Shown here piece by piece: positions 22,274 to 34,300 of a stretch of 64,000 bases of DNA (positions are counted from its first letter, which is position 1; every line of letters begins with the position of its first letter). Both the position numbers and the translations under genes were made by a program. Source of the DNA: Alphaproteobacteria bacterium (lineage in GTDB: Bacteria; Pseudomonadota; Alphaproteobacteria; JAAXGF01); contig CAUVXB020000002.1 in assembly GCA_963555825.3 (NCBI GenBank), positions 736,001 through 800,000 on the forward strand, written 5' to 3'. Under the pieces are notes generated by a model that was not told the DNA's origin, did no database searches, and saw nothing but the letters and a program-made list of their open reading frames with translations.

Positions 22274-24430
22274 CAAGATTGTATGATTCAAGCTGAGAGA
22301 GCCTTTTCCTGATTGTGGAATCGCCGATCTTAAACGCGTCCCTTACGTCCGATATGAGGATACCGATGCCGAACAGGTCGTCGTGTACGGCGGAGGTGTC
22401 CCGCATGCGGTGCATTCTCTGCGCCATTGCGCCGACAAACCGGCGTACCTCGATCGGCACAACACGAAAGCGCTAGATATACTCGTTCAACTCGGCGACC
22501 GATAGACTGAGTTCTTCATCAGAGTGACGCCATTGCAATACGTCGTTCATGCGGCGAAGATTCTTGACCTGGGTCGGCTTATCCGCAGTCGTCCAGTCGG
22601 TAAGGCGTTCCAGAATCGCGCGATCAGGGGCGGAGAAACGGCGCTCGTGATCACGCTTCATCTTACGGAGCTTGTTGACGGGAAACTTTTTTTCGTCATC
22701 GGTTACCTGGTGATGGGCGTAACACATGAGCATGAGGTTCGCCGGCGCCCTGCGCTGCTCGTTGGTCATGGCCGGACTGAAACGCGGCCCGCCATTTTCA
22801 GCCGCTTTTATGTGGCAAACCTGGCCGATGAACATGCCCTGCTCATTCATCATCAGCGTGGTACAATTCGGGAAAGCGCAGAGATTACCCGATTTGAGAA
22901 ACAACTCCCTGAGAGTCTCGGGCTTTGGCTTAACAGCCCGTTGAAAAAGGCGTCATTGACCGGGTTTCACGCCACGGCGAAGCATATCGCGGCGAAGGCG
23001 GTTTCGCCATCCTCCGAGACGATGAGGACGATCTGAACGACCAGGACGGCTCCAGCGGGCGTAACAAGCACGAACAAGGCGCCAATTCCGCCCGCCACGG
23101 CCTCCATTCGGGGTGCCGGCGCCGATGAGTTGGCGCATCAGCAACGATAGGTTGTGGCCGGCGACGTGAAGCAGGTATCGCTTGTGCACGTTCTCGCGGC
23201 CCCGAAGCCAGGTCCGGCGCATACCGCCGCGATCGAGGTTGTGGGCAAAGGAGCGCTCGACGATCTCGGCGCGCAGCTTGAAGGCTTCCCTGGCCACCCC
23301 CGATAACAGCCGGGTCCGGTTGTTGGTGACCGCCCGGCGAGCCGCATCATCTCCGTGCCAGCGCGCAAAACCCTTCTGCTTGGGCTCGGAGATCCGGCTC
23401 TTCCAGGGGCCGTCGTCGAGCGCCTTCAAGACCAACCGTGAGTGGTCGCCCTTATCGGTCACACATTCGGCCGGATCTTCGGCCGTCGGCGCCACATCCA
23501 CCGCCTCGAGGTTTGCCTCGGCCGCCGCCAGGGTCTTGGGAAGCGTTGTCGTATCGCCCTCGTCGGCCGGGTGCAGCTCCGCCGCCACCACCGCGCCGGT
23601 GTCCAGATCCACCGCGTGCTCGGGCTTGTAGGCCAGGTGCGTGGTGCCGTCCTTCATCTTGGCGATCTTGGCCTCGGGGTCGCTCCTGGAAACCCAGTCC
23701 TGGTTCGAGAGCTTCTTGCCCTTGCGCTTGCGGTCCAGACGCGCCAGGTCCTCAGCCGTGGGTGTCTCGATACCGCTCTCCTGGGCCAAGCGCTCCAGCA
23801 TCCCCCGGTAACCCTCGCCCGTGTCCCTCCGCACGATGTTGCGCAGCGCCGCGTTGGCCTCCATGGTCGAGGCATCCACCCCGATGCGCTCGCCCTTCAC
23901 CAGACCCGCCTCGGCGATCAGCGCCAGGACCCAGTCAAACACCGCCGTGTGGACTTCATGGGGCAGGCGCGCGCGGGTCCGTGACAGCCAGGAATGGTCC
24001 GGCACCCGTTCCCGCCTCTCCAACAGCAGGAACTCCCGTAGCGACAGGGAATCCGAGCACCGCCACTCCAACCCACGCTCAGAGTCGATACCCTCGAAGT
24101 AGCCCACCAGGTGCATACGGAAGTAGCGCCCGGGTGGCACCGAAGGCGCCCCCATCCTGGCCGCGTAATAGGGCTGGCAGACCGCCTCGGCGAAGCCGTC
24201 GAAGCCGCCCTCGATCAGTACCAACTGCAGGCGGTCGTAAAATACATGACCTGGCGAGCGCGGCATCTCCGACCAGCTCACCATCAAGTCCCCCTGACGA
24301 TCCTTCTGCTGTCCCATCGCCATCAGCGAACCCCCCTTCAGGCCAGGACACCAGAGAATCAGACCATGCCGACTTCGTCCAGGGAAGACTTCGTCAACGG
24401 GCTGTTAAGGCGTTTGGGTATCTCCGTCAT
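22274..24430 (-). pseudogene. HNH-like endonuclease-domain protein split by IS1182, with an internal TAG and truncated by IS21
   Basis: Reconstructed MTEIPKRL|KPKPETLRELFLKSGNLCAFPNC..GQVCHI.A..GGPRF..NLMLMCYAHH..D; TAG at 22473 then the frame continues. Confidence 0.75.
22934..24404 (-). mobile_element. IS1182-family element (transposase 22953-24323, probable C-terminal frameshift)
   Basis: PDHSWLSR, GVDASTMEANA, D.EAKIAKMK and R..IVERSFA motifs; IRs CAGCCCGTTGA; TTAA duplication at 22930-22933 and 24405-24408. Confidence 0.9.
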
Positions 24431-25224
24431 CCGCCCTCGCGATCGCGCCGTGACAGGAAAGAGCAGACTGCACAGGCGACGCTGACGACGAGTTCTGCTT
24501 CCTCCGTCGTTACGGCTTGCCCCTCCCGAATGTGGCGCGCCCGGTCCGAGGCGTAGCCCCAGAGCTTCTCGACGGCGCTATCCAGTGGCGGCGCAAGCCC
24601 CAGCCGTGGCACCAGCCGGCCGAGAGTGAGATTCGGCTCCCCCGTCACGTCACGGGCGGTGCATTCCAGAGCGGCGATCGCGTGCTGGATCGCACCGGTC
24701 ACGTCTGGCGTTGGCCGCCGCGAAATATCCTGAATGGCTTCGTGAATTTCGTTCGCAGCGGCGCTGCGCCCGGTCTGCGCGAGAAGGTCGCCGGCCTCGC
24801 GTGTGGTTTCGGCGAAGGCTTCAGAGCCCCGGTAGAGAATCTGGCCGTCCGTCATCTGCCAGCCGATACCGTTCTCCCGGAAATACTGGTTCAGGCTGTC
24901 CTGGAAAGCGTCAGCCCTGTCAGGAAAATCCCCGGTAAAGGCAGCATGAAGCGCTTCTGCGATGTCATAGACCTTGAACCACGGACAATCCTCGATGAGC
25001 CGGTTCACCTCTTCCCAGACATTCGGGTACTCGGACCAATTATTGGGGTCCGGACGCACGAGCAGGATTTGGCAAACTGCCTGCCGAATCGCCGCCGGCC
25101 TCATGCCGGTATCCTTCGCGATCAGCGGGATGGCAAAGCGCAGGCCCTCCGGTGCATCTTCGCGGACGGTAAGCTCCTGTTCCGCCCCGCGATAGCCGTG
25201 CCGATCTGAAAATCGTTCTGGCAT
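24427..25224 (-). CDS. AbiJ-NTD4-like protein (putative abortive-infection/defence protein with HEPN-like C-terminus)
   Basis: FSDRHGY..REDAP..LR..PDPNNWSEYPN.W.EV...CPWFKVYDI; C-terminal LWGYASDRARH. Confidence 0.7.
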   Translation of the reverse strand: MPERFSDRHGYRGAEQELTVREDAPEGLRFAIPLIAKDTGMRPAAIRQAVCQILLVRPDPNNWSEYPNVWEEVNRLIEDCPWFKVYDIAEALHAAFTGDFPDRADAFQDSLNQYFRENGIGWQMTDGQILYRGSEAFAETTREAGDLLAQTGRSAAANEIHEAIQDISRRPTPDVTGAIQHAIAALECTARDVTGEPNLTLGRLVPRLGLAPPLDSAVEKLWGYASDRARHIREGQAVTTEEAELVVSVACAVCSFLSRRDREGG

Positions 25225-25228
25225 TGAC

Positions 25229-26515
25229 CTATTCCTGTCTGATACCGGCAAGGTCCTCGGGGCGCAGGCGGTAGCGGATGATGTTGCCTTCGTGCAGGCC
25301 GTGGAACTCATGCCCGATATAGGCCACTACATCCTCGCGATCCGCTTCGGGAATGTCTTCCTCGGCGGCCATGGCCATGATGCGCTCAGGTTGGAACGTC
25401 TTCCATTCCAGGACGCTGCGGCGCACGGCGTTGCGAACGAAATCGCGATAGGCCAGCGCCGCCTTTTCGGGGGTTTCAACTTCGGCACGCAGTACCCGGT
25501 AATTCTCGGCCGAGGTCAGGTAGGCGTCGATGTAAACCTCCCGCAGCAATGACACGTTGTTCAGTTCGTAGATGCCGATCAGGCCGTCGATATAATTGCC
25601 GTCGTCCATCGTGAGAAACGACATGGGCGCAAGATCGGCCTTTAAGAGCGGGATGTTGGAGGCGATGCGCGAGGTCCGCTTGTTGATATCGGCAAAAGCC
25701 TGCAAATAGGGAATATGAACGAGAAGAAAGAAGGACTGCTCGAACGGGTCGGTGATCGCCGCCGACTTCTGAATCAGGATATCGAACTCTTCTTCAATCT
25801 CGTACTGGTCGTCCAGTGGCTTGTAACTCGAATAGGAAATGCCGACAGGCATGCGCCGCAACCGTCCCGCCATGGCGGGATCGGCAAGAAGGCCGCCTGA
25901 GAGCAGCGCATGAATGCTGAACACGTCCGGCCGGCTGATCGTAATATCTCCGAGATTATCGACGACGTACTGAATTGCCTCCTTGTGATTGAGGATCATC
26001 AGCGCTTCTTTGCGGTCCTTGCCGGATGCCTCTTCCCCGAAGCGGATCAGGCGTTCGGTTTGAAGGATGTCATAGGTGTTGCCTTCCATCCGCGATGAAG
26101 CCCAGGACAGGTCCACCAGGAGCCGCTCCAGGATGCGGCGCGCATAGGTTCCGGCGGGAAGCGGAACCGGTTCCGGCCGGCCGGCTTCATGCAGCCGCTG
26201 CCGATCAGCCTCACCAAGATAGAACGTCTTGTCGGGGATATAGCGATCTACAAACTCTTTGTTGTAGGTCGCGGGTCTGCGGCGGATATAGGGTGTTTGC
26301 AGATAGGCGCGCACCACGGCTGCGCCCGCCAAGCTGTAGCCGGTGGCGCGGGCCTTGCCCGAAACCTCAAGCCGGCCTTTATCGACGAGCTTCTTGAGGG
26401 CGCGCCAGACCGTGGGACCGCTCACCTCCGGCGCGACATGACGCCTTATGTGCTCCCGGCCTGCGCCGGGATGGCCCGCGATGTAGTCGAGAATGTCCTG
26501 GTCATTGAGCGGCAT
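25229..26515 (-). CDS. Fic-family protein with N-terminal wHTH
   Basis: SWASSRMEGNT, MILNHK.AI and variant Fic motif YLQAFADINKRTSR. Confidence 0.88.
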   Translation of the reverse strand: MPLNDQDILDYIAGHPGAGREHIRRHVAPEVSGPTVWRALKKLVDKGRLEVSGKARATGYSLAGAAVVRAYLQTPYIRRRPATYNKEFVDRYIPDKTFYLGEADRQRLHEAGRPEPVPLPAGTYARRILERLLVDLSWASSRMEGNTYDILQTERLIRFGEEASGKDRKEALMILNHKEAIQYVVDNLGDITISRPDVFSIHALLSGGLLADPAMAGRLRRMPVGISYSSYKPLDDQYEIEEEFDILIQKSAAITDPFEQSFFLLVHIPYLQAFADINKRTSRIASNIPLLKADLAPMSFLTMDDGNYIDGLIGIYELNNVSLLREVYIDAYLTSAENYRVLRAEVETPEKAALAYRDFVRNAVRRSVLEWKTFQPERIMAMAAEEDIPEADREDVVAYIGHEFHGLHEGNIIRYRLRPEDLAGIRQE

Positions 26516-26818
26516 GAAACGATCTGCTAATTCTGTGAAACAATTATGTACTTAAAATATATAGCTTTTCCTGATTTGTCAAGATATCGTTTCACGGCTT
26601 TTGAAATGATATGTAAGCCCGGCGGTCTCTGCAACAATAATCTGCCGGGGTGAAACGTTTAAATTATTGATATGATTACATCTTCTTCCGCACCAGCCCT
26701 ATCATTTCATGGAAAATGCAACGATATGGCATGGGGCCGAACCGGACGGTCGCGAGCAGCCCTATGCTGAACGGAAGGGCCGTCGGGAGGGGGTATGCAA
26801 AGTTTGCGTGGGGCCGGA

Positions 26819-27511
26819 TCAGGCGGCCACAGGCCTGCCGTCATTAAGCGCATCCAGAACGCGGACTTGCTGTCCGAGCCAATCCGTCCAGGCGGCTAGA
26901 AATGCGCCGAAGTCGTTTTCGTGGACGCGCAGTATATTCAGGCCGGTTATTTGCCCGTTCCTTATGCTCGCGCTTACAAATGCGAACATGGCCGCCTGAT
27001 CATGGGTGTTGCGCCCGTTTTCATCTAGATAGGCAACGCCGCCGTGCTCGAGCGCATTGCGCAGATCAAGCAGGACGCGCCGCGCCGAAGCGTTACGGGC
27101 GGCTTCAAGCGCTTGCGGCGCAGAAAGCGCGTCGAGCAGGTCATGTGGCCAATCGCTCGCGACATTGAACGGGGGATAGGCCGGCACATAGCTCCACGCG
27201 CTGGTTTGGGCAAAAGGAGCATCGCCAAAAGATCGGGTATTTCCCAGCACGCCACTTAATTCGGCGGTAAGCGCAGGATCGAGATCCCTGTCATCTCCCG
27301 CTTGCACGGCGCGCGGATTGCCCGGCTTGAATATCCGCTCGATGGGAAGAACGATCATCGGTGTTGCCATGGCGAGCAGAAACGTTGTCCGCAGCGGTCC
27401 GCCAAACCGGGCGTCGTCTGGAAGGCCATCATTGATTGTCGGGAGCAGGTGACGAATAAGGCTTTCGCATCGCATTACGATGTCACGGCTGTAATGATTG
27501 GGGATACTCAT
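26819..27511 (-). CDS. Hypothetical protein directly downstream of qatD (putative defence accessory)
   Basis: 230-aa ORF co-oriented with and 27 bp from the qatD end; LRNALEHG resembles an RxxxxH HEPN motif. Confidence 0.65.
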   Translation of the reverse strand: MSIPNHYSRDIVMRCESLIRHLLPTINDGLPDDARFGGPLRTTFLLAMATPMIVLPIERIFKPGNPRAVQAGDDRDLDPALTAELSGVLGNTRSFGDAPFAQTSAWSYVPAYPPFNVASDWPHDLLDALSAPQALEAARNASARRVLLDLRNALEHGGVAYLDENGRNTHDQAAMFAFVSASIRNGQITGLNILRVHENDFGAFLAAWTDWLGQQVRVLDALNDGRPVAA

Positions 27512-27698
27512 CGGCGGTTTCCTGTGCGTAGGATCATCTCAGGTCTCAAGAGCTGGAGACAGGGTTTGGGTGAGGTGGCGGAGATTGTCGTCCAGAGTTC
27601 TCTGGGTTTCGTGGGTATTGTTGTTCCAGAGATCGGCCAGAACGGTGACAGCGCTATCGACTTCCCAAGGCAGGACGGCACGCCCGACGATCTGCGCG

Positions 27699-29118
27699 TG
27701 AGTCGGACCCGATTTCCTTGGACACAGAATTGGCTTAATCGAAGTGTCCAAGGAGGACCGGAACATGACCGACAATTTTGAGAACAAAGTTGCTGTTGAT
27801 GGGCCTGTGGTAAACGAGGGCGAGCTTGGCTCGTCCACGTTTTCCCCGGGCCAGGTTTCGCCGGCAGGCCCGCTGGGACTTGGCCAGCGGTGGACGGTGA
27901 CGCGCAAGCGTGAGGTTGCCCTGCGGCTTTTGCGTGGCGAGCCGGTGGAACTTTTGTCGCGGCAGTTGGGCGTGGAGATTTTCCGGCTCGAGCAGTGGCG
28001 TGAGAAGGCGATCGCCGGGATCGATGCCTCGCTCAAGGAACGCAAGGGCGATCCGGTGAAGGCGGAACTGGACATCGCCATGAAGCGGATCGGGGAGTTG
28101 ATCATGCAGGTGGAACTGCTGGAGGCCAAGACGGAGACGTCCGGCCCTTTGGGGCGGCGGAGGTCGCGGCGATGAGTGCCGCCACCTCTCCCGGCACGGG
28201 TTTGGCCTACGGCCTCCAGCGGGTCTGTGCGGCCTGGGGTTTTGCCCGTTCCTCGTTCTACGCCATGAAATCCCGGCAGCAGGCCACCGCTGAGCGCCCA
28301 CCAGCAAAGCGCCGGGGACCGAAGCCCTCGATCTCGGACGAGGCTCTGCTGGTGGCCATCGAGGCCGACCTGGAGGCATCCCCCTGGGAGGGCGAGGGAC
28401 ACCGCAAGGTCTGGGCTCGGCTTCGGGTCTGTCGTGGCATCCGTGTTTCCCGCAAGCGGGGGCTCCGGGTGATGCGCGAGAACAACCTGCTCTCGCCCCA
28501 TCGCTGCCGCCGCCGTGGCGGAAATCCCCATGTCGGTGAGATCATCACCCATGCCCCCAACCTCATGTGGGGCACGGACGGCGTTCGGGTGTTCACGGTG
28601 GACGACGGCTGGGGCTGGATATTCACCGCCATCGAGCATTGGAACGCCGAGTGCGTCGGCTGGCATGTGTGCAAGCGAGGCGACCGCTTCGCCGCCCTTC
28701 AGCCGATCTCCATGGGGCTTGCGAGGCTGTATGCCTCGACCTCCGCCGGTGCGGCGCGGGGGCTGGCCTTGCGGATGGATCACGGCTCCCAGTATCTGTC
28801 GGACCACTTCACCAACCAGATCAAGTTCTGGGGCATCCAGCCGTCCTACGCCTTCGTCGAACAGCCCCAGACCAACGGCGTCGCCGAGAGGTTCAATCGC
28901 ACGCTCAAGGAACAGATCATCCATGGCCGCATCTACCGCAACATCGCGGAGCTGCGGAACGCCGTCCGCGGGTTCGTCGAACAGTACAATGCCCAGTGGA
29001 TCGTGGAGAAGAACGGCTACCTGAGCCCCGCTCAAGCTCGTCAGGCGTGGCACACCGCGATGTCACTCAGGCCCGCCGCATGAGACAAACTTGTGTCCAA
29101 GGAACCGGGTGCGATACA
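27699..29118 (+). mobile_element. IS3-like element (orfA 27744-28175, orfB 28172-29083) with a 14-bp target duplication
   Basis: IRs TGAGTCGGACCCGATTTCCTTGGACAC / TGTATCGCACCCGGTTCCTTGGACAC; DR CG(A/T)CGATCTGCGCG at 27685-27698 and 29119-29132. Confidence 0.92.
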
Positions 29119-29250
29119 CGTCGATCTGCGCGAACGGGCCGTCGGACTCGGTGAGAACTCGTTCGCGCGGCATGCGCTCTGTCAGTGCCCTTCCCTTTTC
29201 GCCATTTAACATAGCCGGGCCGACGCTAAACCAGCACCCAAGGGCAATGG

Positions 29251-30700
29251 GGGGATGTCCCGGTCGATGTTGAAAAGTTGAGGTAGGTGTCGCTCTCCTG
29301 GAGCCGTTAGGCTCCGGGTGCTGCAAACCCAAAAGGGAGAACGACACCATGGGAAAGAATATCCGTAGTTCCAGCCGCCCGAAAGCCCTTGCCCCCTCGA
29401 TTCCTATGCCGCCGCTGGCGGACGCGATGGACGCAGTCCATCTCAGCGTGGATCGGTTTTGTCTTCTGGCCGGGGTCGAGGCCTTGGCCGAGATGATGGA
29501 GGAGGACGCCACGACCGTGTGCGGGGCCCGACATCGCCGCCATGGGGACCGTCGAGGTTATCGCTGGGGCAGGACACATAGCGAGATCGGCTACCACGGC
29601 GGCAAAGTGAAGGTGGCCCGGCCACGGGTTCGTGACCGGGCGGGCAAAGAGGTGAGCTTGGAGAGTTGGCAGGCGCTACGCGATGGCAACCTGCTGCTCG
29701 AGTGGGCGCTCAACCTGATGGTGCTGAACGTGTCGACCCGCAAGTACCACCGCGCGGTCCGTCTGCCCGAGGGCGACCTGGCGAAAGCGCGTGGCGACGG
29801 CACCTCGAAGTCGGCCGTTTCCCGGCGCTTTGTGGCGCTGTCACGCAAGAAGATGAAGGCCTGGCTCGCCTCGGATCTCTCGGAACTCGACCTGCTAGTC
29901 ATCCAGATCGACGGTCTGCATGTCGGCGACCATGTCCTGATGGCGGCGATCGGCGTCGATGGCAACGGCGACAAGCATGTCCTGGCCGTGGTCGAGGGGG
30001 CGACGGAGAACACGGTCGTCGTCCAGGCCTTGATCGACAATCTCCTCGCCAGGGGGCTCGATCCGACACTGCCGCGGCTGTTCATCGTCGATGGCGCGAA
30101 GGCACTCAGCAAAGCGATCCGAAACACCTTCGGTGTGGCCGCCGCCATCCAGCGCTGCCAGGTCCACAAGGGCCGTAACATCATCGAGCGCCTGCCCCAA
30201 CATTTGCACGCGAGCGTCAAGAAGGCGCTCCGTCAGGCCTGGGACCAGGACGACGCAAACAAGGCCGAGCGGCTCTTGCGCAACCTGGTCCGGCGTCTGG
30301 AGCATGAGGAACCGGGCGTCTCGGGCAGCATCCTGGAGGGGCTGGAGGAGATCCTCACCGTCATCCGCCTCGGCCTGCCGCACGAACTCCGGCGCTCGCT
30401 CGCCTGCACCAACATCGTCGAGAACGCGCTCGGCACGGTGCGCCAGGTCACCCGCAACGTCAAACGCTGGAGACACGCCGAGATGGCGCTCAGATGGACC
30501 GCCGCCGGCCTGCTGGAGGCCCAGAAAACCTTCCGTCGCCTCAAGGCCTATCGCCAGCTGCCCATCCTCCGAAATGCTCTCCAGGAACACTTGAGAAAGG
30601 CTCAGGCCGACAGTGCCATTGAAACCATCATGAAGGCAGCATAGCATCATCAACCAGCGACGCCTGCCCCACGAATTTCAACAGAGATAGGGACATCGCC
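29251..30700 (+). mobile_element. IS256-family element (transposase 29349-30644)
   Basis: IQIDG, FIVDGAKAL, QRCQVHK and CTNIVEN motifs; 8-bp DR GGCAATGG at 29243-29250 and 30701-30708. Confidence 0.93.
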
Positions 30701-30745
30701 GGCAATGGCCCGGTCGAGATCGCGCGCGCTCCCCGAAAACCAATG

Positions 30746-31347
30746 TGACCTGCCCCCCAAAACCTGGCCCAGGCGGAATGTTAGTCTTGGGCCGTTGGAG
30801 AGGAGGTCAAGATGCCACGGAAGCGACATACCGCGGAACAGATCATCAGCAAGCTGCGTGAGGCTGAAGTCGGCCTGGCGAGCGGTCACACGGTGCCCGA
30901 AGTGTGCCGGACCTTGGGCATCGCCGAGCAGACGTACTATCGGTGGCGCAAGGAGTACGGCGGCCTGAAGGTTGGGCAGGCCCGACGCTTCAAGGAGCTC
31001 GAGCGGGAGAACACACATCTCAGGCGAGCCGTCGCCGATCTGATGCTGGATAAACTGATCCTGAAGGAAGCCGCCGAGGGAAACTTCTAAGCCCCGAGCG
31101 TCGCCGGCGCTGTGTTGAGCATGTCTGCACACGATATGGATTACCCGAGCGCCGGGTGTGCCAGGTCATCGGACAGCCACGCTCGACGCAACGCTATCGA
31201 CGTGTCGGGGCTGACGATGAGGCGGCGCTCACCGAGGCGATCGTGCGGCTAGCCAGTGAGTATGGCCGCTACGGCTATCGCCGGGTCACGGCGCTGCTCC
31301 GCGGAGAGGGTTGGCACGTGAACCACAAGCGGGTCGAACGCATCTGG
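30746..31347 (+). mobile_element. IS3-family (IS407-like) element: orfA 30812-31090; orfB truncated
   Basis: TGACCTGCCCC end; RHTAEQII.KLREA..TYYRWRKEYGG orfA; YGRYGYRR..VNHKRVERIW orfB. Confidence 0.88.
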
Positions 31348-34300
31348 GAGCTATTGTCAAAAGTTGACGGGGCGGTAAAAAGTTGTTGGCCGATGGCGTG
31401 CTTGTACAGGTCTTTGCGGTTCGGTGAAGAATATTTGCCTGTCTCCGCGTTGCTGGTGGATAAAACCTGATATTATACCAACTGCACTAATTATTGACCT
31501 GAAATCGCCCAATCTCTCATTCCGATGGACATGATCGTCTCGGGCTGGTCGATTAGTTTGTTCCAGGCTTGGCAACCGGCCTCGATGATGGCGTCGTAAT
31601 CTTCGAAGACGCGGTTAGAGAGCCAATTCTGGCGGAGGTATTGCCAGATGTTCTCGACCGGGTTCAGCTCGGGCGAGCGCGATGGCAGCAGGATGATGGT
31701 GAGGTTCTTGGGGACCTTGAGCTGGTCGGTGCTGTGCCACCCGGCGCGGTCCATCAGGACGACGCCATGGGCCTTGGCGGCGACGTTGCAGCTGATCTCG
31801 TCGAGATGCATCTGCATGGCGGCTGTGTTGGCGAAGGGGAGCATGAGAGCGGCACCCTTGGCTCCCATGGGACAGATTGCGCCAAAGAGGTAGGCGTTCG
31901 TGTAGCGCTGATCGGCGGGCAGGCGTGGCCTTGTTCCCTTCTTCGCCCAAATGCGCACACGCCCGTTCTTCTGTCCCAGCCTGGCCTCGTCTTGGAACCA
32001 GATCTCGACCCGCTTGGTCTTGGGCAGACCGGCTAGGTGGGCAGCGAGCGTGCGGGGGAAGTTTTTTTGAACGCCTCGATCACCCGCTGGTCCTGCTTGG
32101 GGTGCTGCGGCCGGGCGCTGATGTGGGAGAAGGACAGCGCGACGAGAAGGTCGGAGATCGCCCGCTCGCTATAGATCACGCCAAAGCGTTCTTCGATCAC
32201 CCGTTTCAGGTCAACCCGCCGCCAGCGAACCACACCGTCAATCTCTGGATCGGGGCCCGTTTCGACGATCACCGACAGTTCGCCCATCTGCTCGTCGGTC
32301 AAGAGCCGGGGGCGGCCCGCACCGGGACGGTTCTTCAAGCCGTCTGCCCCTTCATCGTTGAAGCGGTGCGCCCAGTCTCTCAGCGTCTGGCGATCCATGC
32401 CGCCGACCTTAGCGGCTTCCGCTCGGCTCATGCCGTCGTAAACCGCCGCCAAGGCCAAAAGCCGGCGAACTTGGCGGGGATCGCGACTGTGCTTGGCCAA
32501 ACACCGGAGCTCAATGCTGTCGTAGTCGTCCCGAAGAGCAATGCATACTGACATGGCGAATCTCCTTCGCCAGCCTTGAATCACATCCAGCCCAAAAAGG
32601 GAAACCCTTGCGAGTCAGAATTTTGCGCCGTTGGTATTACCTATCCTTGGCTTCTCCTTGGCTTCGTTTTTTATGGTGCGATTGCCGCGCAGCGTCGGAT
32701 ATTGAGGCCGAGGGCACGCAGATTGACCACGTAGCGCATGGCCGGCATGCCGCGAATGCGTAGGTGAGCCAGGTTCATCTGGTACTTTAATCGCGACATG
32801 GTCGCTTCTATGCCGGCCCGCCATCTGTAGACGTCGCGGAAGGCATCGCTTTGTTCATAAAGCCGGCGCTTTTGGTTGGCAGCCCTGGCCGGGGTATATT
32901 GAAAGCGGGAAAATTGGCCGTCACGCTTGGCCGCCTGCACGGGACATCGCAGTATATCGGGACATTTTTGGCAGATGGAAAGGTCGAAACGGGCCTGCAG
33001 CTTGGCTTTGGCGAGCGAGGCTGAAACCGGTTCGACGTTATTGGGACAGCGCAAGACCAAGCCTTCTTCGTTGAGAGTGAAATCCTCCAACGTCAACCGT
33101 CCCGAGACGGCGCCTTTCGGCGGTCGCGCGGGCGCCACGAGATTGATGTTCTGTTCGCGCGTCAGAGCCATGTTGTCACTGGAACCGTAATGTGAATCAC
33201 CCAGCATCACCGCCGGCGTCAGCGCGCGCTCGCTCAGATCATCCAGCGCATCGGCCAAGCGATGGCCGTCATGCACCGTCATCTTGTGGACCTCCACGTG
33301 GGTGATGAGGTCCGGTGTCGCGGCAACCGCCTCGTTACTGACATCTTCACAATAGGTTTCGACGATCTGCGCCATGTATCCTTGACCCTTGTGCGCGTTG
33401 TAGCTCGCGTCCGGGTCGGCCGGATTGCCGACGGTATCGCACGGCACATCCTTTGGATCTCGAATCGCGGCGCGCGTTGCGTCACGATCGCCATACTCAT
33501 CATCAACGATCTCGAACTGATCGCGCAGAACCCTCTCCAGGATCGCAAAACTGAAAAGCTTTGCCGCCGCCGTGTCACGGAATTGCAGCACCAGGGCTAG
33601 GAGATACTGACCCGCTTCGCCGAGGCGCCGTTTTGAAACACTCGGCGCCGTATTCGCGAACGCGCCATTACCCTCGCGATCGACATAGCGGCGGATCACC
33701 TCCTTGCTGATCTGCTCGTGCAGACCGGGATGATATCGCTCAAGCTCACGGGCAAACTTCGAGATGCTCTCAACAACGATACCAAGTCGTGTCAGCGCCC
33801 GCATTGCCGAACGAAGGGCCGTCGAATCCATGCGTTGGTGGCTGGTATCGACAGAGAACCCCTGCACCAGCCGATCCGTCAAACACCGGAACAGCAATTC
33901 ATCGAGACCTTGTTCGATAAACAGACGGCGATAGTTGCGCAGGGTTTTCTCACAGAAATAGCTGTCCGCTTCGCTGCGCACGTCCAAGGCATAGTGCCAC
34001 GCCATATTGAAGGCCAGGGCCTCGACGGTCTCTGCATCGCTCAGATCGTGCAGCTGCTGCAAAAGCAAGACCCCGATGACAACGTGTAGATCCTTCGATG
34101 GTCGGCCCATGCGTTCATCAAGGTGACGGCAAAGATCGTCAACCGGAAGTTCGACAAGCAGATGGTTCCGAAAAACCCCGGCCCAGGATTGCTCCATCAG
34201 GCGCCGACGTTTGTCCCCGAAATCGGACCAGCGATCAAACAATTCCCCAGTCCGTCGGTCGCGTAAAGTAAACATGCACAATTATAATCCAGCCGACTCT

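Larger units (their letters stand above)
27539..30745 (-). pseudogene. qatD: TatD-family nuclease QatD, split by IS3-like and IS256 elements and 5'-truncated
   Basis: Pieces rejoin as HWFSGSARDLDRAIA|LGCWFSVGPAML.GEKGR.L..RMPRERVLTESDGPFAQID|GRAVLPWEV..LADLW. Confidence 0.8.

Noticed and set aside
25229-26515. Non-canonical Fic motif as a novelty
   Set aside because: The YLQ.F.D.NKR.SR variant is a widespread Fic subfamily.
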